Under the pieces are notes generated by a model. It had not been told where the DNA came from and searched no databases. It was given only the letters and a program-made list of their open reading frames with translations. A DNA stretch of 57,188 bases, filler included, from Porpidia crustulata (Eukaryota): the NCBI GenBank assembly GCA_964255105.1. It is 3 parts of 3 records of this genome, joined end to end, with 100 filler letters (N's around TTAATTAATTAA, not from the genome) between each part and the next. Parts side by side here need not be neighbours in the genome. Positions count along the whole stretch, not along the records: positions 1 to 19,013 come from CAXUWE010000153.1; positions 19,114 to 38,111 come from CAXUWE010000154.1; 1 more part is not named here. One strand, given 5' to 3'. How positions within the stretch are numbered: the stretch's first letter is position 1; each line of letters opens with the position of its first letter. Shown here piece after piece: positions 13,309-27,541 of the stretch. The translations under genes were made by a program, and so were the position numbers.

Positions 13309-14753
13309 GTCTATGAATGAGACGATACTCTGTTTTGATGGCAAGCGGAAGGAAGAGTTAAGCTGAACAACTGATTTCACAGTCGAACAGACAAAATAAT
13401 AACAATGCAGGTGGTCAACCTGCAAACGGGGTCTTGTGGGGTAATTATGTAGTCCGCGATCTCAAAGAAAGAGGGAACCAATTGGAATTTCAATCGTAGG
13501 GCTCCAGCTCTGCACCGTTCCATCAGACAAAGTGATACTACCATAGGCTGCCGTCCAACACGGATATCCCGGTAAAACATGGGAAACCCAGGTAATAGAG
13601 CTGGGGAGGGGACAAATCGTTATTCATCTTCAAGTGTCCCGTTGGCAATATCAACCGGTGTGCGGCAGACTTGCAGCCAACCGCTGCCCGCTATGATCAT
13701 CCGCCAGCTAACGTGCAGCCACTGCATCAGTGGCACTCGTAAATTTCGTCGGAGGAATGATGCCGCGAGCACTTTGGTCAGGGAGCTTGTGACCACGATA
13801 GTAATCAACTCTGAACTTCCAATAGCATGAATGATGCAGATGCAAATAATTGGCGGGATAACTCCGACTTTTCTCTGAGATACTAGCCCATTACTCTAGC
13901 TCACATTTCCCCGCCTCATGTGACTATCCCAAACCCCAGCCCTGGCCCTCACTTGATCGGGAATCTTGAGACGGCTTAAGGACCATTAGGATAACTGACT
14001 GCTGAACCATGGCACCGAATCATTCATGAAACTTTGGTGAAGCCAGCCAAAGCCACGAGTACTTGAGCCTTTTTTCCGTAGTACTAGACATTCATAAGAG
14101 CCCCACCCGCCTTGTGCATTCTGCTGAACGTTATCGAATCCCGAGATGCGGTGGCTAGGGAGCGGTAGGTTAGCAGTCTTGAGGAGTTGATCAAAGGTTT
14201 CATCTCTGTGATTGTTGTTTTGGGTTGAGTGCCTGGTTTCTGGAGGACCTTTGGCTTCGTACGTCTGATGTGGGAGGGAGGTAAACGTGAATGGTAAACG
14301 TGTCGAAAATGTCTTGGTTCGCGATCTTGAACGCTTGTGATTTTTGGAGTCTAGTGGGACAATGCTCGCTGTCATTTTATGTGTTTGGGAGTAGCGTGGT
14401 AGCATGAGTCAGAAGGAGAAAAAAGAAATGATGCCTTTGACAAATATAAAAATCGTACCGAGACGGCCTTAGCGAGACTGATCAGAAGCGGAATAAGATG
14501 GTACCACTCGAATCTCCACGTGCATTGGCCTTTTTATTTGGATAGCGTACAGATTGTTTGATGGTCCTCAAAAAAGTACAGAAATCCCTTTCAAACACCG
14601 CTGCTCTCCCCCCCCAGCACCTTGCTGAACCATGCAATCGTCAGACAGACACGCCGATCTAAATCAACATTTTCGTGTTCGGTCGTAGCTAATGTTCTTC
14701 CATAGATAAGCTTACTCTCAACACTCTATTCTCGCAAACCCGGAAACGGATCT

Positions 14754-15886
14754 TCAGACCACGGATTGGTATAGTAAAAGGGGCTCCCCAATATTCTCAA
14801 TCTCGGGTATGGTGCATTTTAGATCGAAGGCCTTGGAAAGAACTATTTTGAATATCTGAGGGCGCCGTCTTGTCAGTATAAGAGCTCCGATAATAATGGT
14901 ACAGTGATCCTACCTTTTGCACGTTTATGCTGTGGCTAGTGCTACTGAAGATTAGACTTGCTTTCATGGCCTTGGCGAAGCGGCGAGCCTATACCTGCAC
15001 ATCAGCGACGCTACACAGATTCTATAAGATTAAATCTTACTTGAGTGGAGATTTCTTCTTGGTCTTCTTTAGGAAAGTTGACAAAGTGGTCGTACTTCGT
15101 ACCAACTAAGAAAGGGATAGCGGTTTTGTTGAAGCCACGACCTTGCCGGTACCATTCTTTAATTGAGTTGAGGGTGCTCTTTCTTGTAAGGTCAAACATG
15201 AAGAGTATAGCAACTGCATCATTACACACTAGAGGAAGCATATTGACAAACTCCCGCTGACCGCCCAGATCCCATATGGAGAATGTGATCTCCGTGTTGC
15301 GTATCGAGATGGTCTTTTCCATGAAATTAACACCTTTGACAGCTCAGTAAGGATCATAGCATCGGCCATTAACCATTACTATACCTAGCGTCTGGATATA
15401 GTCCTCGTCCCAGCTTCCTTCCACGTACTTGACCATCAAGCTCGTCTTTCCAATCTGAGCATCACCCACCATCCCGACTTTGATGACCACACTGCTCTGG
15501 GTTCGAGCGGCATCTTGATGTGATGATCTCTGATTCTGTTCCTGATAAGTTTGAGAATGGGCGTATCTTTCCCCTGACCCTGATAGACCGGATGACGGTC
15601 TTGAATAGGGCTGCATATTCTGTTGTTGGTATGTCTGATTTGACGAGGAGTAGCGGGCATTGGGGTCTGATTCTAGGGAAGGGGAGAGGTAGCCATTCCC
15701 AGGGGTGTATTCTCCAGACTGTGTGGACTGCCTTCTGGATGATTGCTTTCCGTTCGAATAGCCATTGCCATACTCCCCAGTCGGAGTCGTGCTCATGGTA
15801 TCATCTACACCACCCATTGCCTCATCATCGTTTGCGTGTGCCATTGTCATCGTATCTCTGGGGTATGAATCCATGACTGAGGTCAT
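14754..15886 (-). CDS. SPG1: Septation-initiation / mitotic-exit small GTPase Spg1/Tem1 (4 exons)
   Basis: [10 protein letters not shown]-loop, [27 protein letters not shown]-terminal [29 protein letters not shown]. Start ATG uncertain (15886 or 15874). Confidence 0.93.
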
Positions 15887-16353
15887 CCGGCGGTAGAGGA
15901 GTGTTGAAGCCTGTACAACGTGTTGGAATCCGTGCAATCCACGTTATATTATTATTTTCTCTGAAGAACAGAATATCTGACGATAGAAGGACAGTGTTCA
16001 AGCATGCAATCTGTAACGAATGGCTTATTGTGGTCGGAGATGGGCTGAAAGTCCTGGAGTATTCTGGGCTTGCTTTTAAGCGCGTGGGGGATCAATCAAA
16101 CTCGTGGATGATGATCATGTTACCGTGTAATTGCGATGAATTCCATCATCTCTCAGATTCGATAAAACTTCAAGAAATTGCAGGTTTGGAACAAGCAGCC
16201 AATTAATCTTTTGAACGTTTACGTTCGTCCCACCATTCGTCACCGTGAACGGGACTCGGGACCATTTCGCTAGCGCGGTAATTTTCAACATCAGATTCAC
16301 GAAACCGAGTTTATCAACGTCGTAAATTCCTCTTTTAAACAACCAAAAAAACC

Positions 16354-17977
16354 ATGGGTAAAAGAGTAGCAGAGGAATCTGGCTTCGAGGTTAATCCACT
16401 GAAAGATGGTGAGAGGCCATTGAAGGCCGAGAACGGCGACGAAGCTGGGGACTTCGAGGATGAATTCGAAGACGAATTTGACAGCGAGGATGATATATTC
16501 GAGGCAGGCGTAGATGGGCGGCCAGACGAGGAGCGAGAAGACGAGGAGCGAAGTGGTACGTGGTCTACATCAAAAGCCTTGTGCGGAATCCTCTTTCACT
16601 CTCGATAGGCCATATCCTGACTTTCTCCAGATGCGATGGAGGTGGATCAAAAAACATTTATACCGGGCCGTGATAAGCTAGCAGCCGGAGAGTCATTATC
16701 ACCCGATACTTCCACGTATGAAATGCTACATACTCTGAGCACGACTTGGCCCTGCCTTTCATTCGACTTCGTTGGAGATTCGTTAGGCGAGAATCGCAAA
16801 GCTTATCCAGCTACGTTATACGCAGTCGCTGGAACGCAGGCAGAGAGCAGGAAACCAAATAAAAATGAGCTACTGGTGATGAAGCTAAATGGCTTGAGTA
16901 GAGTGGACCGAGAGCGGGCAGAGGACTCGGACTCGGATGAAGACGAGGACGAAGCTTCCGAGCCGATATTGGAGACAAAGTCAATTCCTCTGCAATCAAC
17001 TACAAATCGGATACGCGCTCATCAATGTCCGCCATCAGATTCGTCGAAATCTCCCAAAACTTTCACCGCTACCATGACTGAAGCCTCCGGAGTCCTCATC
17101 CACGACGTTACGCCCCATCTTTCTTCTTTCGATGTACCAGGAACCATCATAACCGCACAACAGTCAAATCCTGTGTCCACTCTGCATATGCATAGGACCG
17201 AGGGCTATGCAGTCGACTGGTCGCCCCTGATACCTGAAGGAAAGCTTATTACTGGGGACAATGATGGCAAAATATTCGTCACAACCTCTTCAGACGGTGG
17301 GAAATGGACCACTGATACCAGGCCGTTTACTGGCCATGAGAGCAGTGTTGAGGATCTTCAGTGGTCCCCAAATGAACGTAGCGTCTTTGCTTCGGCCAGT
17401 AGTGACGGAACAGTCAAAGTCTGGGATGTGCGCTCCAAATCCCACAAGCCAGCTATCAACGTTACCATCAGTAGCACAGATGTCAACGTGATATCTTGGT
17501 CCCGTCAGACTGCTCATCTACTCGCTACCGGAGCTGATGATGGAAAGTGGGCTGTATGGGATCTACGACAATGGAAACCTGCGACTAACAATGCCGCCGC
17601 TACAGCACCGAAGCCCGTAGCATTGTACAACTTCCATAAAGAGCAAATCACCAGCATCGAGTGGCACCCCACTGATGATAGCATCATCGCCGTAACAGCA
17701 GGCGATAATACGCTGACGCTATGGGACTTGGCTGTGGAACTCGATGATGAGGAAAGTAAATACACGGCTGACGTGCAAGATGTTCCTCCTCAGCTTTTGT
17801 TCGTGCATTACATGGAAATGGTCAAAGAATGCCATTGGCATCCCCAGATTCCTGGCTGTATAATGGCTACGGGCGGTGGTGGATTTGGGTAAGTCATGTG
17901 CTCTGTCTGGTATTCTTTGTTACTGGCAATCTTTCTGACACTCCGTCTCTAGGATACTTAAAACAATCAGCGTGTAG
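16354..17977 (+). CDS. RRB1: Ribosome assembly WD40 protein Rrb1/GRWD1 (3 exons)
   Basis: Acidic N-terminus, TYEMLH..WPCLSFD, EGYAVDWSP, GHESSVEDLQWSP, VPPQLLFVH, ending ILKTISV* after intron ~17889-17952. First intron 16556-16630. Confidence 0.93.
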
Positions 17978-18211
17978 ATTGCATTCACTATACCCGTAGA
18001 GATGTAGTCTTACCCGCCGATACCGGTAACAGTGACGCTCGTTTGTGGACAAGATCTGCTGTTATCTTCACATCTGTTGTTGTGACACCTAAAAGTATTG
18101 ATGTCCCTTTTCCACCTGAAGTCCCTTTCACAATTACCTACTCATAAACCAACAACATCACCACCAATCTACCGAACCTAAGACTCATGGTTGTTCACTG
18201 CCATGACACCT

Positions 18212-19216
18212 GCTGACCATGGTCCTGACATTGCTATGACAGAGCCCTTCTTGGTCCTCTATCCTCACTTTCAAAACTATCCTTTTCCTAACGTATCCAC
18301 CAATCCCTTTATGCCTTCAGCACAGCAGAATCAGACCGTTCCTTCCACCATCAGCGCGTCCTCGTCGGCCTGCACCCCCCTGTCTGCAAACACGTCACGT
18401 CGAGAACCTTCATCGCAGTCCTCCGACCCATCAAACCCCGTCAGTCGCGCTCAGGACTCCTTGGTGACTCTCAATACGCGGCTTCCACCCCTCATGACAC
18501 CGCCGAGCCTTCCACAAAAGATTATTGATCTCTGCTGCGTCCCATACCTCAATCTACGCAACCGAACGAAATCCTCACCAGCAAACATATCCCAGTGCTC
18601 ATCGACTTTTCCACCCGCAAGTCCACCGGCTTCAACACCGATTAAGATCAACGATAAAGAAGGCTTAACCACAACCAGAATAAGCAGCTACGAATCCTTT
18701 CCCGCTCCATCTTTCAACCTAGACGGTCAACCTCGCGCGCTGAACTCAAGAGCCTATCCCGAAGAGGCAGCATCTAGCTTGTTCTCCCCAGCGCAGCGGT
18801 CACACGCACGCGATAGCGCGGCATCTCCAGCCTCTATCCCGAATTTTTCTCGCCCTCGACGGCGCACCTCATCGATTGCAGACCAAACGCAGACCTCTGG
18901 GCCAAGCGGCAATCACCGGAGCACTCCAACCAGTACCTCGAAAGCGACATCCACCTCACCCACACCCGCACCATCCACTTCCCTCTCCCCAACCACCATT
19001 CCCCCTATCCCTCNNNNNNNNNNNNNNNNNNNNNNNNNNNNNNNNNNNNNNNNNNNNTTAATTAATTAANNNNNNNNNNNNNNNNNNNNNNNNNNNNNNN
19101 NNNNNNNNNNNNNGGGGGATGAGTTGGAGCGGGGACTTGGTATTGGAACGAGGGCTAACTGCGATGCTACATGTAGGCAGGAACTGGCGAAAGTCAAGGC
19201 GGGAAAGGGATCATGA
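18212..19216 (+). CDS. Hypothetical Ser/Pro/Thr-rich protein interrupted by an assembly gap
   Basis: Open frame of ~270 codons runs into the N-gap at 19014. After the gap an open frame GDELERGLGIGTRANCDATCRQELAKVKAGKGS* could be its C-terminus. Start and continuity are uncertain. Confidence 0.45.
19014..19113. other. Artificial contig-join spacer (N44-TTAATTAATTAA-N44)
   Basis: Exactly 100 bp; the central 12-mer (19058-19069) has stops in all six frames; identical block at 38112-38211. Confidence 0.95.
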
Positions 19217-19455
19217 TAGCTGTGGTGTTGGGGCAGGGATTGATGTTTGGGGGATTTTAAAAGGAGATCGTATGAGTCGGATGGTTAATTGAGTCTGGGC
19301 GGAAAGTCGAGGGCCCTCTCCGGCTCAGCCCAACTCTTGGTCCCAACGCTAAATGCGATCCGCACAGCTACGATTTGATATGACATACATCTAGAGCTTT
19401 GGCACGTCTCCTTGTCTTCATCAGGCCTATCTCACCCAAACAATCACCCTTCGCT

Positions 19456-20827
19456 CTACTTACTCGATAACGCAGACACCCCGGGCAGATCTTTCCCCTC
19501 CAACAGCTCCAGCGATGCCCCTCCTCCGGTGGAGACGTGGCTCAATTTATCCTCGACGCCATACTTCGCCGCCACGGTCGCCGTATCGCCACCCCCAATA
19601 ATCACTATTTTGCCGCTTTGCGCCTCTTTCACGGTGGTGTCCAGCATTGACTTTGTTCCATTTGCAAAAGCATCAAATTCAAAGACGCCAGGAGGGCCGT
19701 TCCATAGAATAGTCTTGGCCTCCGAAATGGTTGAGTTGAACAACCCAATCGTCTTCTTTCCACAGTCAAGTCCCATCCATCCGTCGGGAATGCCTTCCTC
19801 GTCAGTGGCATAGCCAGTCTTAGCGTCTTTGGAGAAACTGTCTGCGGTAACGTAGTCGCATGGCAGGACCATGCTGACGCCATTCTTCTTGGCTTTATCC
19901 ATAAGATCGCCCACTGTTTTGCTTCCCGCTTCATCAAATAGGCTGGTTCCAATTTTGACGTTCTCAAGCGTTTTCTTGAACGTGAAAGCCATCCCACCAC
20001 AGATAATTAAGCTGTCGACTTTGGTCAAGAGGTTATCAATTAGCTGGATCTTATCCGATACTTTTGCTCCGCCAAGGATAGCCAAGAACGGTCTTTGCGG
20101 TTTTTCGAGCGCTTGGGCGAAGTAGTCCAATTCTTTCTTCATGAGAAAGCCAGACGCTTTCTGAGGAAGCTCAACACCAACCATGGAGCTGTGGGCGCGG
20201 TGAGCGGTACCGAATGCATCATCTTGTGGCACTGATTAGCTGCCGCCTGTCTCATGCATTGTATACATTTCGCCGTACTGATATAAATATCCCCAAGAGC
20301 AGTCAGCCCTTTCCGAAATTCCTCTACCTTCGTCTTATCTGCCTTTACCTTCTTCCCCTCCGCATCCTTACTGCTTCCTTCCTCTTCCGCGTGGAATCTC
20401 AGATTCTCCAACAAAATGACCTGCCCGCCGCTAGCCTTATTGATGGCTGCTTCAACCTCCTTCCCTATGCAGTCGTTCATGAACTCCACCTTTTTCCCTA
20501 ATAATTTCTCTAGTTCTGGAACTATAGGCTTCATAGAGTATTTATCTACCCTTTTCCCGTCAGGTCGACCAAGATGCGACATGAGGATGATGGCTTTTGC
20601 GCCATGTTCACCAGCATATTTGATGGTGGGAAGGGCACCGACAATGCGCTGATTGTTCGTGATCTTTGTGCCATCGAGGGGGACATTGAAGTCAACCTGA
20701 ACAACGAGAAATCAGTCCGAGTGTCAATCGATGGTATTACGGAAAACAGCTTCATTAATACCCGTATCAGCACCTGCTTGTCCTTGAGATCGACATCTGT
20801 GATTGCAAGTTTTTTAGAGAGGGACAT
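19456..20827 (-). CDS. PGK1: Phosphoglycerate kinase (3 exons)
   Basis: [92 protein letters not shown]. Confidence 0.98.
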
Positions 20828-21336
20828 GATGAGAGGGCCAACGAGAGGTTTGGGCGGCGTGGTCTTCCAACGGTGCCCTTTCGATGTTGTGGTGGGGCAA
20901 TTACGCCTTCCAAGTGGGGTTGATAGATATGCGGAGGAAGTGGCGCAAAGTTCTTTACTTGAGGTGTTGGTAAGGAAGGGACTTGCAACCACGACGTATT
21001 ATATCTTGTTGAAATTCATTGACATCCATACGCACTGGACTTTCTCCCACGGCAGGATTTAACATGGATAGTTTGCATAGGCTGAGTGAGCTCAAGATTT
21101 CGATTCCCGTAACCATGACTTCTACCTGTAAGAAGCCCTCCACGAATTCATTTCAAGGGCAACGCCAAGCCAAACCGTCTCATGCAGGCACAGGTGATCA
21201 TGAAACCATAGCGCCAAAAATGCCGACCTTCAATATCTGTGATCCATCATTTCTTCCTCCTCGGTCGTCCAACGCCAGTGAGCTGATACTCTGCCTCCGA
21301 TCCCTTGAGATTTGCAAAATTAGACAAGTTTTCTTT

Positions 21337-22257
21337 CTAAGAGACGAGTGGTTCGTCTGAAGAATTGGTCAATGACAAATAGGCTGTCCAAGCAATGCCA
21401 ACGGTCGACACGAATGGCTGAAATAGACGTTAGTCTACGACACCTGCAGTAGCTGCTCTCGGAGAAAGACTCACGATCTGAAATTGAAGTGGAATGACCC
21501 TGAAATTGAGCATCTGTACGGCTGGCCAAAGCATGAAATTGGCCTTCAAAGCAGCTAGGTAGACGTCCTGAAATTTGCGAGTCACAGCGCGCCTTCCACC
21601 GCCTTCGGTGACAGTCATAAAAGTAAAAAAGCATGCCAATCCTATGACGGTGTCAGCCATCCATTGACCCTGAGCATATGTAAAACCTACCGAACGGAGC
21701 AAACATCAATTGATCGCAACAGACTCTTTGTAGGGCTGGTAGGGTTGCACTCTGCTTGGTGATTGGGAAGGATTTCGATAGAAACGCAAACCAGTGGAAC
21801 TGAAGAGGTGACATGATGAATCCATAAGACATGAACCGAGTTAATCTTTCGAAGTCAAAAGGCGGTGGTGTGTTCTTGAATGGAGCCAAAGCTGAGATGG
21901 TTTCTGAAGGGCTCTTCTCGTCGTACTCAGGCATTTCAATCCCATCAGAAATATCTTTTCCCGGACCTGGAAGGCTTCGGCTCGTTTTTAATCGTATGGC
22001 CGTTAACGACTGTGCCACCGTATCCGCTATCCCACCGAGGACCTGTCGAGTACCCAATCTGAGCAAACCATCCAAACCCAACTCGCTATGCCACACACGA
22101 AGGGGAAAAGTAACGTACAGCGTTGGTTAACATGATTGTAAGTACTAGAATATTATCAGTATTCTCTTCTTATCTACTTGGTCCATTACTGCGCCGTACC
22201 TGGCTTGTCAGCGTAGTAGGAGTTGAATTTGGCAATCAGCCTCGAAGTGATGGCCAT
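21337..22257 (-). CDS. Mpv17/PMP22 family membrane protein (5 exons)
   Basis: Spliced model MAITSRLIAKFNSYYADKP|VLTIMLTNA|VLGGIADTVAQ..FDFERLTRF..DQLMFAPF|GLACFF..WPAVQMLNFRVIPLQFQI|PFVSTVGIAWTAYLS. Confidence 0.9.
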
Positions 22258-22988
22258 TTCTAGTAGGTATATGATCGTATGCAGCAAAGGCTAGAATGTT
22301 CAACAAAGTGTCAGCGCTGCTCGAGATATTGAGGTTGTGCCGCTGCGAAGGATCCAGTCCATCTCTACTGGATTTGGGCAGTCATTACATCATGACGAAG
22401 GAACGTACCACTTTGCCAAACAAGTATCTGCTGTTCAGGGTCTTCAGCACCCGCCGCCTCGCTGATTCAATCATGCCTAGCAATTTCATTCACGCTTCAA
22501 GGTGTAGACTAGGTAGCACGAAGCAGGTTGTGGCGGTGCTAGGGTGCTCGAAAGCTTCCTTTAACTCTGAGGATGTCAACCACTTTAGGTAGAGGCGGTA
22601 GGCTCGCAAATATCAACAGTCAATAGCGATGAGTGAAGGTTGAAGTAGGAAAGCAGGATGATAGTGAAATGTGAAATGTGAAATCAGGTTCCCAGATGTC
22701 TCAGATGGTCTTGTAGGCGCAATCGGCTGTTACACTAGTCGCTCGGGTCAAGTCTTGAGTTCCGTCCGCTCCGAACGGAATTGAACAGAGGACATGGAAG
22801 CAGTCACGCAGTCACGCAGTCGTGGCAGCCCACCAGGAGAGATCTAATCTACATTTCAAGACTCGGTTACATGAATTAAGACCCTATGATACCATGACAA
22901 GTTCCTTCGTGGGAAAGTCCCATTTGTACATTGTAGATCAACATCCGGAACATGAGGACGCTCGAATTCTGTTCGAGTCGTCGATCAA

Positions 22989-24917
22989 TTACTCTTGTGT
23001 CACGATATCGGGCATGTCTCGAATATCTATGTAGTCGTTCGTTGTCATGTCTAATACCCGGACCGCATCGACAAATAGTACGCCTTTGGCTAGAGGAAGG
23101 AATTTGAGCTCTACATTGCGACAAAATCCTGGATTAAGAAGCCTTCATAAATCATCAGTATACCATACGCAGTTGCTTTGCAAATTGACATACCCTATCT
23201 TGACATCCGTGCTCAGACTAATGATCTCTACAGGGTCGTTGCCTTTGTGTCTCTCTAGAATGAAAAGACTTGTCTCGTCAAGAATCGCTTCCGCATCGTA
23301 TGTCTTTTTAGGCCCACCGGCTGAAGAGGATGAAGGTTTCGAGAGATGGTCTTTGGCTTCGTTTTTGTTCCTTTTGGGGATTACCATGATGGCGAGCTTT
23401 CGCGGTATATTTGATCGATTAACAACAAATACTTCCCAAGAGAATGGAACACCTACGTGCACCATGCTCGGCGCAGTAAGAGTCATTGCGATCCCTAGAT
23501 CATTTGCTGAGTTTGACCAAGATCGAGTGGTGTGTACAATCTCTTTGGATGGAGACCCTGTGACTTCGTAGATGGTAGGTATACTAGTACTCTGAGAAGG
23601 CGTTGGCGGCACTGGGATGGTAGCAGGCCGTTTGTCGCGCTGCATGGGTTGGTTGGGAGTACCGTAACTTGGATTCAGAGCTGTGGAAAAGTCCACTCCC
23701 GCGGTCCATCGCATCTCGACACGTGGACGGCACACGCTGGAGACAAGAACTGTTGCATGTATTTTGATGTCTAGAGTTCTTGAATTGGAGTTTGACGCAT
23801 CCAGGGCGTTTTCATTAGGTGTGAGTTGAAACACGAAGACTTGATTGTCTCTAGGTCGGCAAAATTTCGGCAGTGTCAACGCATGGCCGCCACCAAGATC
23901 TTCGACTAGTCCTTCAAAGAGTACAAGTTCAACGACCGTTATCATGACATTGTCATTAAAGAAGGGCGCAGTTTCGACATCTAAGGAAGCGATGATAGTA
24001 GGTTTTCCACCTCCTTTGGATCTTGTATATCGTACGCGCGCTGAAATTGCCGGTATCGCGCGAAAACACCTCTGCGCAGCTACCTTTAGAATTTGGCTTT
24101 CAAGGTTCAAATTAGAGGTGGTAGTAGCACTCCGAGAAAGCCTGGATGCTGGGAGTTGTGGCTCAACGCCCTGTAGAATAGGATCGCCCTTGAGTGCCTC
24201 CAACAAGTTCATGGACTCAGGAGTGAGTTCTTGTAGATAAGGGTCACCATGGAGTTCAAGGCTTTCAGCTTGATGAGGTCTGAGGTTGGCAATAGGCCTG
24301 AAAGAAATCATAGGAGATTGAATTCGGATTCGTGGACGATCTATATACCATTAATCATGCTGATTCGCAAAGGTTAAACTCCTTGACTTACTTAGGAAAG
24401 CTTCAACTCTCCATACGACAAAGACATGGCGATCAGTGGCATTGTCATTTTCTTGCTGGACAATGATCATGGGCTCTTGAGTTGTGTCAACGGTGCCTGT
24501 CCATATGATATCTCTATTTTGAGACGGAGATGAGTCTCGTTGAACATCTTTGCCAAGCTGATTTGCCGGGAAGTTACCAAAAACTTGAGCTTGTATTGTG
24601 ATCTCGACTTGATCAAGAGAAGACTTGAGCTGTAGTTCACCATGGTAAGGGGTCCTTAACACGATGCAGATTGAGATCAACTCATCTACCAAGTGCCTAT
24701 GAATGAGTAAGATCAACGACATATTGACAGTCTAGGTGTAGCGCTCACCGAAGTATAGCATTTCCCGCTGAGGAATCGATATTGCCAGAGAATGGCTAAC
24801 AAGACTGCCATCCACTTGACGTTCTGCTGTATTCAACTGTCCTTCAACATCGCCATTTGAATTCTGTGGTACTACCACATCTAGAATGGAATTGCGCACG
24901 AACTCTGTAGCTTCCAT
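22989..24917 (-). CDS. TRS65: TRAPP II complex subunit Trs65 (4 exons)
   Basis: N-term ILDVVVP..IPQREMLYF|DE; FRAIPAISARVRY; C-terminal Trs65-like block FSWEVFVVNRS..SLSTDVKIG|PLNPGFCRNVELKFLPLAKGVLFVDAVRVLD. Confidence 0.8.
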
Positions 24918-25123
24918 CAATCATAATTTAGACGTCTGCATTGTCTACCTGGGCATGTCGTTGACCGATGGGGTATGAAGTGCGTATGAGATGTCCCGGC
25001 TTATTCCGCAGAGCCGCACTGGGCGAACGAAATTACCCTCGGCGTCGTTCCGTTTTCTTATAATCGAGTTCGCGGCGTTCATCTCGATCAACACCCTCCA
25101 TGTAATAGAGAAATACGAGCAAC

Positions 25124-27541
25124 ATGAGCAATATGAATGGTACCAATGGTACTGTAGGTCCACCTGCGCTATGGAGCCAAGCCAGCACACCAGAGGGCCG
25201 AGTGTACTATTACAATACCCAGACAAAAGCGACGCAATGGACAAAACCCCTGGAGCTCATGAGCCCTGCAGAGGTAATCTTAGTATTCCTCTGAAAGTTT
25301 GGGCCTCATGCTAATAAAGGCAGCGAGCTCTTACAAGCCAGCCATGGAAAGAGCATACCACACCCGAGGGGAGGAAGTACTGGTACAATACCGAGACGAA
25401 GCAAAGCTCGTGGGAAATGCCGGAAGCATACAAGAACGCTGTCGCTCAGGCTGCTCCTGTATCGCGACCTTCTGGATCGTAAGCTACCACTTCGCCCGGC
25501 TTTGACATGACTAATAGTCGGTAGAGCTCAACAATTCGTTGCTGGCGGAACAAGCACGATCTCTTCGTTTCCACAGCAGCGTGATAGAGATGACTACGGG
25601 GATCGCGTAGGTGTTGATCGGCAGATTGGCTATGGTCAAACAGATGCGAATGGGTTTCGAGGCGGCGCATTCGGCACACAACAATTGGACCCAGATTACT
25701 CGACATTCGAAGAAGGGGAGGCAGCTTTCATAAAGCTTTTACGGCGCTCGAATGTACAGCCGGATTGGACATGGGAGCAGACAATGCGTGCTACGATCAA
25801 AGATCCGCAATACAGAGCTTTGAAAGATCCCAAGGACCGTAAGACGGCTTTCGAAAAGTATGCAGTTGAGGTTCGAATGCAGGAGAAAGACCGTGCGAAA
25901 GAGAGACTTACCAAGCTCCGAGCAGACTTTGGTACTATGCTGAGGAGTCATCCAGAGATCAAGCACTATACCCGATGGAAGACAGCGCGACCTATCATCG
26001 AGCGCGAGACTATCTTCAGGTCTACTAATGATGATACCGAGAGGCGACAGCTATTTGAAGAATATATTATTGAACTCAAGAAAGCTAACATCGAACGCGA
26101 GGCAGTCACCCGTAAGTCTGCCATGGATGAGTTAGTAAGCATCTTGAAGGGGCTTGACTTGGAGCCGTACACACGGTGGGCCGAAGCCCACGATATCATC
26201 CAGGCCAATGGGAAATTTCAAGGTGATGACAAATTCAAAACCCTTAGCAAGTCAGACATTTTGACAGCTTTTGAGAATCATATAAAGTCTCTTGAACGCA
26301 CCTTCAATGACGAACGGCAACGTGAGAAGAATTCGAGGACGAGGACGGAACGGCAGAATAGGGATCGGTTCCTGGATTTGCTCAAAGAGTTGAAAGCAGC
26401 CGGTAAAATCAAAGCAGGTACGAAATGGATGCAAGTTTTCCAGGAGATTAGCGAGGATCCGAGGTATGTGGCTTTGCTTGGTCAGTCCGGATCTACTCCC
26501 CTTGATCTCTTCTGGGATATGGTTGAGGAAGAAGAACGAGCCCTGCGGCTAGTAAGAAACGACGTATATGATGTTTTGGAAGACAAGCGCTATGAAATAA
26601 CCCCCAAAACTACAGTGTCAGACTTCTTAGAAGTCATGCACACAGACCGCCGGACTAGTCCTGTACCCCAGGATACCCTGACTCTGATATTCAATCGCTT
26701 ACACGAAAAGGTGGTTCGCCGTACTGAAGACGACAAACATGCCTCTGAGCGTCAACAGCGCCGTCTGATTGATTCACTCCGTTCCAAGATCAAACACCTC
26801 GATAAAGTTCCAATCACTACAACCTCGAGCTGGGAGTCCATTCGCCCGCACATTGCCCATCTCGACGAATTCAAAGCCCTTGAATCCGATGATTTACGCC
26901 GCCAAGCATTCGATAAAGTAATTCGTCGACTCAAAGAGAAAGAAGACGATGCCGAGAAAGAGCGCGAGAAAGTCCACATTTCAAAGCGCGATCGTGAACG
27001 CGATGTTCGAAATGGCCACCACCCTCGTCGCTCCATTGACCGGCATCTCCCGGGCCCCCGCCGGAGCCGAAGCCCAGAGCTTGACGCCTATGAAGCTGAC
27101 CGCCGCAAGGCTATGGCTGACCGCGAGCGCCAATACCGTCAATCAGGTGTCACGGGTCTTTCTCCCCTTCCCTCTCGTGATCGCCACGAACGGCTCTCTA
27201 GCCGGCATGCCGATGACGCCCCACGCCGTCTCAGCCACTATGATCGCGATCGCCGCGAGCGGGACGAGGAGCGCGAGAGGCTATACCGGGTTCGAGGGAG
27301 CCGGGATGAGTTAGATTACGGAGAAGGGAGGGATAGTAGGGGACCCCGGAGGAGAGGCCGCGACAGCGACGGAAGCGAAGGGAGTGCCAGGAAGAGAGTC
27401 AGGAGGGAGAGGGGGAGCAGGGAGAGGCGGAGGAAAGATAGGACGCCGGAGGTGGAGAAGGTCGTAGCGCCCCCGCCGAAAGAGGAGGAGCCAGGGCTGA
27501 GGAGTGGAAGTGAGGAAGGGGAGATGGTGGAAGATGAATGA
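25124..27541 (+). CDS. PRP40: U1 snRNP-associated splicing factor Prp40 (2 WW + FF domains, Arg/Asp/Glu-rich tail)
   Basis: WW1 WSQASTPEGRVYYYNTQTKATQWTKP; WW2 WKEHTTPEGRKYWYNTETKQSSWEMP; FF repeats (AFIKLL..WTWEQTMRATIKDPQY..AFEKY). Two short 5' introns. Confidence 0.92.

Noticed and set aside
19058..19069. Palindromic TTAATTAATTAA as a biological element (also 38156-38167)
   Set aside because: Centred in exactly 44+44 N at both sites; a standard synthetic six-frame-stop linker.
19290..19340. Small hairpin containing GGAAAGTC, resembling the RNase P/MRP CR-I motif
   Set aside because: No matching CR-V/P4 partner seen; it lies in the 3' region of convergent genes.
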